Shown here piece by piece: positions 18,426 to 27,380 of a stretch of 64,000 nt of DNA. The translations under genes were made by a program, and so were the position numbers. The notes under the pieces were generated by a model. It was not told the DNA's origin and made no database searches. It worked only from the letters and a program-made list of their open reading frames with translations. Source of the stretch: Planctomycetota bacterium. Lineage in GTDB: Bacteria > Planctomycetota > Brocadiia > JAADGH01. How positions within the stretch are numbered: the stretch's first letter is position 1; each line of letters starts with the position of its first letter. Where the stretch lies: positions 64,001 through 128,000 of the forward strand of contig JBFMAD010000005.1 in assembly GCA_040755855.1 (NCBI GenBank), written 5' to 3'.

Positions 18426-18502
18426 TGGTGGGCGATAGAGGACTCGGACCTCTGACCTCTTGCTTGTAAGGCAAACGCTCTAGCCAACTGAGCTAATCGC
18501 CC
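18426..18502 (-). tRNA. tRNA-Val(TAC), CCA encoded, atypical T-loop
   Basis: Reverse complement folds as a cloverleaf: GGGCGAT TA GCTC AGTTGGCTA GAGC G TTTGC CT-TAC-AA GCAAG AGGTC AGAGG TCCGAGT CCTCT ATCGCCC A CCA. Confidence 0.93.
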
Positions 18503-18522
18503 ACAGCGCTTGAGCTATGCCT

Positions 18523-18551
18523 ACGGTATCGAATTTGCGGTCCATTGTCAA
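18523..18551 (-). promoter_or_regulatory. Putative sigma70 promoter of tRNA-Val
   Basis: Minus strand TTGACA (18551-18546), 17 nt, TACCGT (18528-18523). Confidence 0.55.
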
Positions 18552-18848
18552 TAACAAAGTGGTTTTGTGATTTTCACGAAAGGGTAAAAAAGCCCTGTTT
18601 TGGACGGTTTTGGACATATTAAAGGCACAATTTTAGCGTAAGGCGATCCTGGTTTTCGGAGTACTCTTTCTCGAGCAGTCATCAGTATGGTTTCTTCATG
18701 GATCGAAGACAAAAGGAGATGTCGTCTTGAAGCCTGGCGCTTAACCGTTTTCCCCTTTCCACTTCCATCCCCGCCACCAAACTTCTCCACCTCCGCCAGA
18801 ACATGAATGACCGAGAGTAGCGAGTCCCCCCACCGCGAAGGCGCAATG

Positions 18849-19478
18849 TCATTCCTCCTCTTTGCCGTCGTCTTTTACTTCTTCCTTTTTGAAGGGAATG
18901 GTCCAGAGGTAGATGTCGTGGTCCGTCTCGTCCTCCTGGGACCGCATGGTGACGACCTTATCGGGCTTGCAGCCGGCCATGTCAAACTCGTGGGAAACAA
19001 TTCGTGAACCGGGTTTGAGCTTCTCCAATTGCGGAATCAGTCTGACGTTGAGTTCCGGTAGCAGGTAGAGCGTAACGACGCTGGCGGGGGTAAGGTCAAG
19101 TTCGAAAATATTTTTTTGCTCAATTGTGACCAGATTTTCCACTTTGCCGTTTTTCACATTTTCCAGTGATTCCTTAATGCGTTCGGGATCTACGTCGAAT
19201 CCCCAGGCTCGGCAGCCGTATTTTTGCGCTGCGGTTACGACGATCCGGCCATCACCGCAGCCGAGGTCGTACAAGACGTCTTCCTTTTTCACGCCGGCAA
19301 TCTCCAACATTCGCAGCACCACATCTTCCGGCGTAGGGACGAAAATAACGTCAGGGTCGTGGGCCTCGGCCGGCTGAGCGGGGGGCTCTTGCGCTCGAAT
19401 CGGCCGCCTCTCTATATGCGTGAGAGTTATTGCCAGGACCAAAAGAATCCCACCGACCAAAAGGACTCGTCTCATCAT
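18849..19478 (-). CDS. Class I SAM-dependent methyltransferase with a signal peptide or membrane anchor
   Basis: MMRRVLLVGGILLVLA...; VPTP, YDLGCGDGRIV, TLYLL, RIVSHEF. Confidence 0.85.
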   Translation of the reverse strand: MMRRVLLVGGILLVLAITLTHIERRPIRAQEPPAQPAEAHDPDVIFVPTPEDVVLRMLEIAGVKKEDVLYDLGCGDGRIVVTAAQKYGCRAWGFDVDPERIKESLENVKNGKVENLVTIEQKNIFELDLTPASVVTLYLLPELNVRLIPQLEKLKPGSRIVSHEFDMAGCKPDKVVTMRSQEDETDHDIYLWTIPFKKEEVKDDGKEEE

Positions 19479-20986
19479 TGTTTTGTCTCCAAAAAAGACG
19501 TGGGGGTTTTTATCGTCATCCGGCGACTAATGATATAGAGGGGAAGCCCGAGAAGGACGGGAACAATTCCCAGCAATGCGAGCCCCTTGGCGTAATTGAC
19601 GCTCGAATACAACATCCCGATGGAAGTCAGGCAGAATACCAACGGCAGGAGGGGGTAGAGCGGGACCAGGAACGGCCGCTCGGTATGGGGGTCTTTGATG
19701 CGCAGGACGAAAAGGGAAAGCCCGGAGAGAAGGAAGAAAAACCAGAAGACGGGGGCGGTGCCGCTGATGAGGGTGCCGAATCCTCCGCCGAAGCGGTCCC
19801 ACGGCAGCGCACTCAAACCCGCGCATTGGAGAAGGGAATCAAGGCCGTTCCGGCCAGCGGCGGTGCCGACGATCAGGATCATGATCAACACGACAGCGGC
19901 CTGGGACAGAAAGGACCAGAGAGGCGTGCGCAGGCGCGGATGCCATCGGCCAAGCCACGAGAAGATCGTGTGGTCGGCGCCGAGGGTGGCGTAGACACGC
20001 GATCCGGTGAAGATGAGTCCATTGATACAGCCGAGCGCCGAAACCATGACCAGCAGACTCATTCCTCGGCCGCCCCAATCGCCCATCATCAGCTTGAAAA
20101 CATCGCCGGCCGGGGCGCGGGAAGCGCGGAGGCCCTCGAAGCCCAGCCCCCATAGGTAGGCCATGTTAATCAGGAGATAGATTAGCGTGATAGCACCCGT
20201 GCCCAGGATCAGCGCCAGCGGGATGTTGCGCCGCCTGTTGCGAAGCTCCGCCGCCACAAAGGCGGCGTCGTTCCAGCCGCCGTAGGCGTAAAGGACGAGA
20301 ATGAAGGCCAGTCCCAGGCCGGGACCGGTGACGGCCTGCTGCGGGAGGAGCGAGGCGCCGCCGCCCCACAGAAGGCCCGCGGCAAGGATGCCGCCGACCC
20401 CGATCATCTTGGCCACGGTGAGGATGTTCTGCGCGGCCCGGCCAAGAACCATCCCGCACAGGTTCAAAAGCGTAAGGACGAGGACGGCGCCGACAGCGTA
20501 CCAGACCCCCCTGACCATCGGCCCGCCCCAGATCTCAAGCGCATAGTCGGCGAAGACATACGCCAGTGCGCCGATGCTCCCGGTGAGGATGGCGGCGAGC
20601 TGTGCCCACCCAAAGATGAAGCCGACCCACGGACCGTAGGCGCGAGTGAGGTAGACATAGTCGCCCCCGGAGCGCGGGTAGGCCGTCGCAAGCTCGGCGT
20701 AGCATAAGCCGCCCACAATGGATAGCACTCCGCCCAAGACCCAAACAGCCATTCCCTGCCAGGGGCCGGACACGTTGCTGAATATCAACGGGGGGGCCTT
20801 GAAGATAGTCACACCGATCACAATACCGATGATGATGCTGATACCGTCCCAAAGCCCGATCTGTCCGGGTGCAAACTCAGCCGCCACAGCCCGTAGTCGC
20901 ATCCGGCCCGGCGCCATCTCTATTTCTGCATCAGCGGCCAACAGTATCTCCGTATTTATTCCTTCTGCCCATCGGTCGCCGCCCAT
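19475..20986 (-). CDS. APC-family amino acid permease (start uncertain)
   Basis: GIVIGVTIF, YAELATAYPRSGGDYVY, YAYGGW; many TM segments. Confidence 0.9.
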   Translation of the reverse strand: MGGDRWAEGINTEILLAADAEIEMAPGRMRLRAVAAEFAPGQIGLWDGISIIIGIVIGVTIFKAPPLIFSNVSGPWQGMAVWVLGGVLSIVGGLCYAELATAYPRSGGDYVYLTRAYGPWVGFIFGWAQLAAILTGSIGALAYVFADYALEIWGGPMVRGVWYAVGAVLVLTLLNLCGMVLGRAAQNILTVAKMIGVGGILAAGLLWGGGASLLPQQAVTGPGLGLAFILVLYAYGGWNDAAFVAAELRNRRRNIPLALILGTGAITLIYLLINMAYLWGLGFEGLRASRAPAGDVFKLMMGDWGGRGMSLLVMVSALGCINGLIFTGSRVYATLGADHTIFSWLGRWHPRLRTPLWSFLSQAAVVLIMILIVGTAAGRNGLDSLLQCAGLSALPWDRFGGGFGTLISGTAPVFWFFFLLSGLSLFVLRIKDPHTERPFLVPLYPLLPLVFCLTSIGMLYSSVNYAKGLALLGIVPVLLGLPLYIISRRMTIKTPTSFLETKQ

Positions 20987-21007
20987 GGAAGGGAAGGGGC
21001 GGTATTA

Positions 21008-21448
21008 TTATTCCTCGGCAGGCTTTTTCTTCTGTTCCGGTTTTTCCTCTTTGTCGCCCTTTTCGGTTTTTTCCTCTTCCTTCGCTTCCTTGCATTTGCT
21101 GATCTTCAGGAGCATCTCGCCGTCTTTTTCGGCCGCCATGCCGACTATTTCCACCTTCTTCCCGTCCAGTTTCTCGAACTTCTTGCCGCCAAGCACCTTA
21201 TAGGACTTGCCATCATCCGATGCGAAAGTGGCATCCGTGACCTTGCCCTTCTCATCCTTGGTGACGGAGATGGTACCCGTCGCCTTTATTGCTTCTGGTT
21301 TTGCGCGGGCCTTCTCATCTGTTTTCTTCTCGGATTTTTCCTTCTTGCCCTTCGACTCATCTTGGCCCTGAACCCCATCGCAGGCAAGCAACAGAGAGAA
21401 CAAGGCAGCTACAGCAACCCACGACAAGACCACAATTCTCCCTCTCAT
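21008..21448 (-). CDS. Exported Lys/Glu-rich hypothetical protein (possible lipoprotein)
   Basis: Start at ATG 21448 after AGGAG; hydrophobic N-terminus ending LLAC; short beta-rich core. Confidence 0.6.
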   Translation of the reverse strand: MRGRIVVLSWVAVAALFSLLLACDGVQGQDESKGKKEKSEKKTDEKARAKPEAIKATGTISVTKDEKGKVTDATFASDDGKSYKVLGGKKFEKLDGKKVEIVGMAAEKDGEMLLKISKCKEAKEEEKTEKGDKEEKPEQKKKPAEE

Positions 21449-21595
21449 CGCATGACTCCTTTCAAAAAGGTTGGTTTTTCCCCATGCACTCTGCATGGGG
21501 AGAGCGGGTTCTTTCTTCGTCTTAGATCATCCAACCACTTGGGCCGTGGCGGCGGCAGGATGTTCACCTGCCGCTCGTCGCCTCTCCTTCCAAAT

Positions 21596-22954
21596 TCAGT
21601 GAATTGCACTCTCCATATCCCCCTTTCGCCAGACCTGGCGCCGAACACGAACCTCATCCACCCTAAAAAAGCGGCGCGGCACATCGCGGAGGAGTTTGCT
21701 CACGAGATCGAAGGCCAACTCCTCGGAGAACAGGCCGTTCTCTACGCGCTCGCAGAGCATCCGGCACAGCGACTCTCTTGCCAGTATCAACGACCCCACC
21801 GTGCGCTCAATGTGCTCGGAGTCCCCTCCCCAGAAAAGGATCTTCGCCACAGGCACCAGTTCCAACCATTCCCCTATTGCATTCTGCATCGCCGAAGGAG
21901 ACTGCCCCGCGAGTGTGCTCCCGTCAATGTAGATATTCCTGAACGTCTTGGCTAGGGCCCCCAGGTGCCTCACGAAGGGCGCGGCGGCATGCAGGAAGAC
22001 AAAGCGGGTGGATATGTGTTGGGCGACCAGGCCGGTTGTCTGGCATGGGTCGCCGTGCTCGATAAACGGCATCTCCGGCGCCGCACCGGTGTCAATCTGC
22101 AGAGGGATGTTGAGCGCGGCACACTGCTCAGTAACACGGTGGATCATATGGTCCTCGAAAAGCTTTGCTTCCTGCGGTGTAATTGAGTCCGGCGGCTTGT
22201 GAAACGCCGTGTCCGCGTCCTGCTTATCCGCGCCATCCACACGTAGCGGGCGGAACGTGCAGTAGCTCATCCAGAACGCCGGGATCCCTTCCCCATCACA
22301 TTCGGACATGGTCTTCGTTAAAAGATCGGCCACGTCCTGGAATTCCTGCAATCGCACGCGATATTTTTTCTCCAGTCGCGCTTTGCACTCCGTCCGGTAG
22401 GCGCGGATAAAGTCATCCAGATTCGGCGTGGGCAAGAAGAAGTCCGCCTCTTGTTCCGAAAGGAGATGATGTTGCGAAGCGGCCCAGACAACCGCACTGA
22501 TGCCCGCCTTCCGGAGGGCGCGAATATACCAGTCTTCCTTCCCATAGGCCGCCGTCATCCGTTCGCGAAGATCATGATACCGGCGCTCGTCCAAAGGAAA
22601 TCCGTCAAAATCATAGAGGAGTTTCGATGCCCTTACAAGACAGCGATACGGTCCAGTGCCGGCAATGCCTGGCAAACGGTCCTGGAGAAACTCCCAGCTT
22701 TTCTCCGGGTCGTGGGGGACGCCGCCCTCTGCCTCCTGCAACGGCTCGCCAAGGCACGACGTGGCAAAGAAATGAAACAAAACATCTCCTGCTGCAAGAA
22801 TGTCTTCACGAGGGAGGATATGATCATGACAGTCAATGGCGGGAATTCCCTGGATGTGATCCCGGAGCCGGGCAAACAAATCCTCGTTCTGAGTGGAAAC
22901 TTCTTTGACCAGTGTTGTCATCGCTTTATTCTTCTTTCGCGGATCGGTCCGCAC
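21596..22954 (-). CDS. Amidohydrolase-superfamily protein (divergent paralogue of its neighbour)
   Basis: IDCHDH, FVFLH, NIYID, ILFWGGD. Confidence 0.75.
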   Translation of the reverse strand: MRTDPRKKNKAMTTLVKEVSTQNEDLFARLRDHIQGIPAIDCHDHILPREDILAAGDVLFHFFATSCLGEPLQEAEGGVPHDPEKSWEFLQDRLPGIAGTGPYRCLVRASKLLYDFDGFPLDERRYHDLRERMTAAYGKEDWYIRALRKAGISAVVWAASQHHLLSEQEADFFLPTPNLDDFIRAYRTECKARLEKKYRVRLQEFQDVADLLTKTMSECDGEGIPAFWMSYCTFRPLRVDGADKQDADTAFHKPPDSITPQEAKLFEDHMIHRVTEQCAALNIPLQIDTGAAPEMPFIEHGDPCQTTGLVAQHISTRFVFLHAAAPFVRHLGALAKTFRNIYIDGSTLAGQSPSAMQNAIGEWLELVPVAKILFWGGDSEHIERTVGSLILARESLCRMLCERVENGLFSEELAFDLVSKLLRDVPRRFFRVDEVRVRRQVWRKGDMESAIH

Positions 22955-22958
22955 CCGT

Positions 22959-24287
22959 TCAGGACATGGATGCGGAACCCGCCATGGTATGCTGCAATCG
23001 CTTGTTTCGGACTTCGTTGATTTTAAAGAGGCTCAAGGCGTTTTCACGGAGGATTTTCCACGCGACGGCTATCGCCTCTGATTCGTCAAGGATTTTCGAC
23101 TCCACACGCTCGGCAAGGACATCCGCCATGACTCTCTTGGCAAGAGTGAGCGACCCATAGCTCATCTCCACCCGCAATGCGTCGCCGCCCCAGGCCAGGA
23201 TTCGGTCCGTGGGGAGGACATCCAACCACTCGGAAAGCGTTCTTCTATAGGCTGACGGAGACAAGAGCGGCAGCCACGAGCCATCCACATAGAGATTGGG
23301 GTATCGAGCCACCAGCGAGGTGACATCCCGAGTGTGCGGAAAGCCGCCGTGAAGCAGAACGAATCGCACATCGGAGTGTTGCGCCAGGAAGTTCTCCAAA
23401 GGCAGAGGAACCCCATTTTCCGGACGACTGAGCAGACGGTTCACCGCCAACATCCCTGTATGAATCTGCACCGTCAGGTCCCAGGTTGCAGCCCTTTTGG
23501 CAATTTCCGAGAAGATGAAGGTCTCATACTGGCCCACATCCGCCTCCGTCAGGTCCGACGTGATAGTGGCGAATACCCGTGATGCGTGCGAGCGGGACGG
23601 CTCGCCGAAGTCGAGCCTGCGGAAGTAGGCCGCCGCAATTTTTATGCCCCCTATACCCGTTTGCACACGCTCTGCCACCGCCCGATCCATCAGATCGAGA
23701 ACATCGGAAAGCGTGTGAGGGATATCCCCGCACTGACGCCGGATTGACTCTCTATAATCCGGTAATCGAATGAAGGCGAACCAATCGAAACGAGCCAGAG
23801 GAATAAAAAGGGATCGGTCCATGCTCGGCCATGCGGCCTCAGCGGGCGGCTGGTCCCACAGGACCGCGTCTATGTTTCCGCATGTTCGCAGAACATGTTT
23901 GTACCAGTCCGAGCGTGCGTTGGCGTCGGCAAAAGCGGCAGAGACACTCTCCCAATTCGAGTCGTCTATCTCTGTAATTTGCACACCTAACAAGTCCTGG
24001 ACGGCAATCAGGAAGCCGCGCAAATAACCCGTGTTGCGGCATAGCGGCAGGACACGCCGGATGTTCGCCCAGCCATCCGGCTCGCTCTTGGCAGCCGCGC
24101 GCCACTGCGCCGAAATCACGCCGCTTCGCGTCAGATCATGTTCGACGAAACTCCGGGCCATAATGCGAAACGCATTGTTGGGACAGGGCGGCGTGACGTC
24201 GAGTGACTCCGTGTGTTCGTGAGAATCAATGACAGGAATTCTGTCTAATTCACCCCGTATGCGCTTCCTTAGTTCTTCCGACCGCAT
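22959..24287 (-). CDS. Amidohydrolase-superfamily metallohydrolase
   Basis: IDSHEH, GIKI, VQIHTG, LLHGGFP, WGGD. Confidence 0.8.
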   Translation of the reverse strand: MRSEELRKRIRGELDRIPVIDSHEHTESLDVTPPCPNNAFRIMARSFVEHDLTRSGVISAQWRAAAKSEPDGWANIRRVLPLCRNTGYLRGFLIAVQDLLGVQITEIDDSNWESVSAAFADANARSDWYKHVLRTCGNIDAVLWDQPPAEAAWPSMDRSLFIPLARFDWFAFIRLPDYRESIRRQCGDIPHTLSDVLDLMDRAVAERVQTGIGGIKIAAAYFRRLDFGEPSRSHASRVFATITSDLTEADVGQYETFIFSEIAKRAATWDLTVQIHTGMLAVNRLLSRPENGVPLPLENFLAQHSDVRFVLLHGGFPHTRDVTSLVARYPNLYVDGSWLPLLSPSAYRRTLSEWLDVLPTDRILAWGGDALRVEMSYGSLTLAKRVMADVLAERVESKILDESEAIAVAWKILRENALSLFKINEVRNKRLQHTMAGSASMS

Positions 24288-24374
24288 AACTTACTACGTC
24301 CGAAATATAAATAATCCCCGGCAAACTGCCGGCGACAATGGATACTAATCTACTATATTCGCCCAAATTATATC

Positions 24375-24404
24375 ATTATACCTCTTAGTTTCATCGGATG
24401 TCAA
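24375..24404 (-). promoter_or_regulatory. Putative sigma70 promoter of the amidohydrolase pair
   Basis: Minus strand TTGACA (24404-24399), 18 nt, TATAAT (24380-24375), in an AT-rich spacer. Confidence 0.6.
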
Positions 24405-24467
24405 GATTCTTGATTCTTGCCCTTGGGCAGGTTTGTTAATGGCCGCGAAACCAGACGCAGAAGGGAT

Positions 24468-27251
24468 TCACTGCATGATCGCTTCGACCGGAACGGCTTC
24501 CCCCCGCCGCTGGGCCTCGACATGCTCCGGCAGGTACACCCCATAGAACGGTATGTTGAGGTCAATCCAAATGCAGAGCCGCCGAAACTCATCGGGGCTT
24601 AGCTTCACGTCATTATGGCCCTTGTCCAGCATCTCGATTATAGGGCTGGCCATCGCCCCGAACTTGCCCGGATAGGTGCGCGGTACCCACTCGCCCCCGT
24701 TCACGCTGTCGAACCAGTGCACCCGTTCTCGCGTCGCAAGCGTACGGTATGACTCACAGTGGGCTGCCTCGCTCCCGCCCAGCTTGCCCGTCAGCCGAAT
24801 CCCCTTCTTCGGTTCCGGCCCGCTATGGCACTTGATGCAGTGCTTGTCCAGAACGGGCTGAACCAGGCGCAGATAGGATAACGGTCTTGTGCCGTCAGGG
24901 CCCGGCTCAATCTGCGACGGAGGCCGCCTCACCGCGAGTGGCAGGCGATTGGGAGGCGTCGTGTTTCTGGGTTCATGGCAGCCGACGCAGGATAGCGTTT
25001 CCCCGGGCTGCACGTAGGTGATCGTGCGCATGCCCTGGTGAGCCTTATCGCGGTCATCCACAGCCTGGAAGTAGAGCGGGACGCCCGCCGGCGCCTCAAA
25101 ATAGGCCGACCCATCCTCCTCAACGGGAACCGCGCCGAGGAGATGCCGCGCCGAAATCTGTCGCGCCCGGCTGATCTTCGGGTGATCGCTTCGGTAAGTG
25201 GACTTCGGGAGAACCTGCACAACTCTCAGCTTCTTGATCCGTCCGCGCTCCATCGGCTCGGTGCTCTGATAAACATCATGCAGAAGAAATCGTCCGGTCC
25301 TCGGCCCGGCCCAGTCCACCGTGCACGAATGTGTCACAGGTTTCGGCCTGGCCTGCAGTGGGGTCGGGCTTTCTGAGGGAATCGCCGGGTCGCGGTAGAG
25401 CAGTTCCTTGTGCCCCCAGCGGTCGAGGAGATAGATGCCGGGTGTTAGTCCGGTGCTTCGCCTCTTCGAGGACCAGCGGGGGCTGTAGGATACGAGATAG
25501 AAGTCCTCGCTGAGCGGCCAGAGCGTGGTGAAGTTGCTCATCGGCCAGCCTTCCGCCTCGGGAAAGGGCACGTCCGGCGTGATCCGGGTCACCGGCTCCA
25601 GCCCATCCTGCCCATCGGCGGGGTCTATCAAGACCACCGACCCTTCGGCGTACCCGTGATGCGCCCCGGCGATGCCCAGGACTTTGCGCGACCCCGGAAT
25701 CGCCCGCGCCTGCCACACGCCCCACGGTTTCTTCCCGAAGTTGTAATTGCCATAAAATGCCATGGGGTTAGAACCGTCGGACCGGGCGGTCCACAGGCTG
25801 TGCGCCACGTTGGTGTGGCGGTCCACGTAGTCCCACCGCGTGTAGATCAGGTTGCCGTCGTTGAGGACGCTCGGGTTCCATTCGTTGGTTTCGTGCCATG
25901 AGATGCACCGGATCGCAGCATTGTCCGGACTCGCCCTATGGAGGGTATAGGTCGGCACAGGCCGGCCGCCGCAACGGCAGAAACCACCGCGCCTCGTTGA
26001 GATAAAAACGATGTCGCCGTCCGGGAGGAAACGGGGATCGAAATCGTCGTGCGGGCCGTCGGTTATCTGGCGAAGTCCCGATCCGTCCACATTGATTGTA
26101 AAAAGGTGATAGCACACCTCCGGCGTCCAGCAGCCGCCCTTGCGGTCTCCCGTGGCCCGACTGTGGGCAAAGACGATCCTGTGGCCATCATAAGACAGGT
26201 CGGGACTCATATAGCTGCCGGGCATGACCTCTTGCCCGATGATCTCGCGGACGCGGATGTTCCCCCGGGTATTTTCCAGCACAAAAATCCCCCCGCCCGG
26301 CGACGCATAACAGCCGTAGTACTGGTCGCACATGTGAGGGAAGACGCCGGTATGGCGCTTGACGAAGATGAGCTTGTCGAAGTCAAGCAGGGGATTGCAC
26401 AAGGCGATCTCCCGGACCGTCCATCGGGCCTCCTGATACAGCGCATCCACATCCGCCGCAGGGGACTTGCTTCTCTCCGCGAGCGATCCGAGGCGCTCCG
26501 CCGCCGACTTGACCCGCTCTCCCCCGCCGAGTTCGCCGATCTCCTTGGCCAGGCGCTGCCCTGCATCGAGGATCTGCCGGACGTCCGCTATCGTGTATCC
26601 ATCCGTTCCCGGTCGGACCTTGCGTGTGGAGTAGCGGCTCGTGCTGCTCTGGTCGGCGGGACGACCGAGGGCGATGTTCTTCGTTGGGTCATCCCGGCCA
26701 TAGACCTCGATTTCGTCGAGATGGAACGATACGGCGCGGCGCATCTGAAGGCGCACAAATCGCGCAGCCACATTCTTTCCCGTGAAGTTCACCACGAGCG
26801 GCTTCTTGTCCGTGAAGCCGTAAAACACCGCGCCGACGTGCTGATAGACCTCGTTCCAGGCCCTACCGTCGTCTGAAACAAGGATCACGAGTCCCGTTGA
26901 CACCCGCGCGGCGGCGCTGCCGCAGCGGTTGTAAACAACGACGCGGTCCAAGGCGCAACGCCGTCCCAGGTCCACCTGCCACCACGAATCCGGCTCGCCG
27001 GAGGCGCAATGAAAACCGTACTCGCCGTTGATCACGCCATCCACGCCGCCGGCGGCGTCTTCCTGGGTTGTTGCATTATCAATCCGTTCCTGGGTCATCT
27101 GGGCGCGCTTCTGCTCAAGCCAATCCGCCTCGAGCAGCGCCCGCGCGGTAGGATCGCCCTTCGCAGATGACGGATCGGCAGAAGCAACCACAGAAGCGGT
27201 CAGGAAAACCGCGACCTGCACAAAGATATGGACTCGTTTAGATAGGGCCAT
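24468..27251 (-). CDS. Exported HzsA-related protein: discoidin (F5/8 type C) domain, TolB-like propeller, HZS-alpha middle domain, two c-type haem motifs
   Basis: Signal peptide from ATG 27251; WWQVDLG; DFDPRFLPDGDIVFISTR, YTRWDYVDR; VPVEEDGSAYFEAP...YFQAVD; CVGCH and CIKCH. Confidence 0.8.
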   Translation of the reverse strand: MALSKRVHIFVQVAVFLTASVVASADPSSAKGDPTARALLEADWLEQKRAQMTQERIDNATTQEDAAGGVDGVINGEYGFHCASGEPDSWWQVDLGRRCALDRVVVYNRCGSAAARVSTGLVILVSDDGRAWNEVYQHVGAVFYGFTDKKPLVVNFTGKNVAARFVRLQMRRAVSFHLDEIEVYGRDDPTKNIALGRPADQSSTSRYSTRKVRPGTDGYTIADVRQILDAGQRLAKEIGELGGGERVKSAAERLGSLAERSKSPAADVDALYQEARWTVREIALCNPLLDFDKLIFVKRHTGVFPHMCDQYYGCYASPGGGIFVLENTRGNIRVREIIGQEVMPGSYMSPDLSYDGHRIVFAHSRATGDRKGGCWTPEVCYHLFTINVDGSGLRQITDGPHDDFDPRFLPDGDIVFISTRRGGFCRCGGRPVPTYTLHRASPDNAAIRCISWHETNEWNPSVLNDGNLIYTRWDYVDRHTNVAHSLWTARSDGSNPMAFYGNYNFGKKPWGVWQARAIPGSRKVLGIAGAHHGYAEGSVVLIDPADGQDGLEPVTRITPDVPFPEAEGWPMSNFTTLWPLSEDFYLVSYSPRWSSKRRSTGLTPGIYLLDRWGHKELLYRDPAIPSESPTPLQARPKPVTHSCTVDWAGPRTGRFLLHDVYQSTEPMERGRIKKLRVVQVLPKSTYRSDHPKISRARQISARHLLGAVPVEEDGSAYFEAPAGVPLYFQAVDDRDKAHQGMRTITYVQPGETLSCVGCHEPRNTTPPNRLPLAVRRPPSQIEPGPDGTRPLSYLRLVQPVLDKHCIKCHSGPEPKKGIRLTGKLGGSEAAHCESYRTLATRERVHWFDSVNGGEWVPRTYPGKFGAMASPIIEMLDKGHNDVKLSPDEFRRLCIWIDLNIPFYGVYLPEHVEAQRRGEAVPVEAIMQ

Positions 27252-27380
27252 TCTTCTATGATGCCAACGCAGCTTCGTTTGTGCAAGCCAAATCTGGATA
27301 CCGCGTGTCACAGCGCACCGACGATCAGAGACGCGTATTCCCAGGTCCGCTATGGTAAGGGCGTTTCTTCGCTCAACGGA

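Noticed and set aside
15979..18502. Tyrosine recombinase near a tRNA 3' end as a prophage or island integrase
   Set aside because: The protein has the housekeeping XerD signature (C-terminal HPR, no arm-binding domain). I saw no duplicated tRNA 3' end and no phage genes.
24468..27251. Evidence of anammox metabolism
   Set aside because: No hzsB/hzsC or hydrazine dehydrogenase is nearby, there is an extra discoidin domain, and the context is high-GC and heterotrophic.
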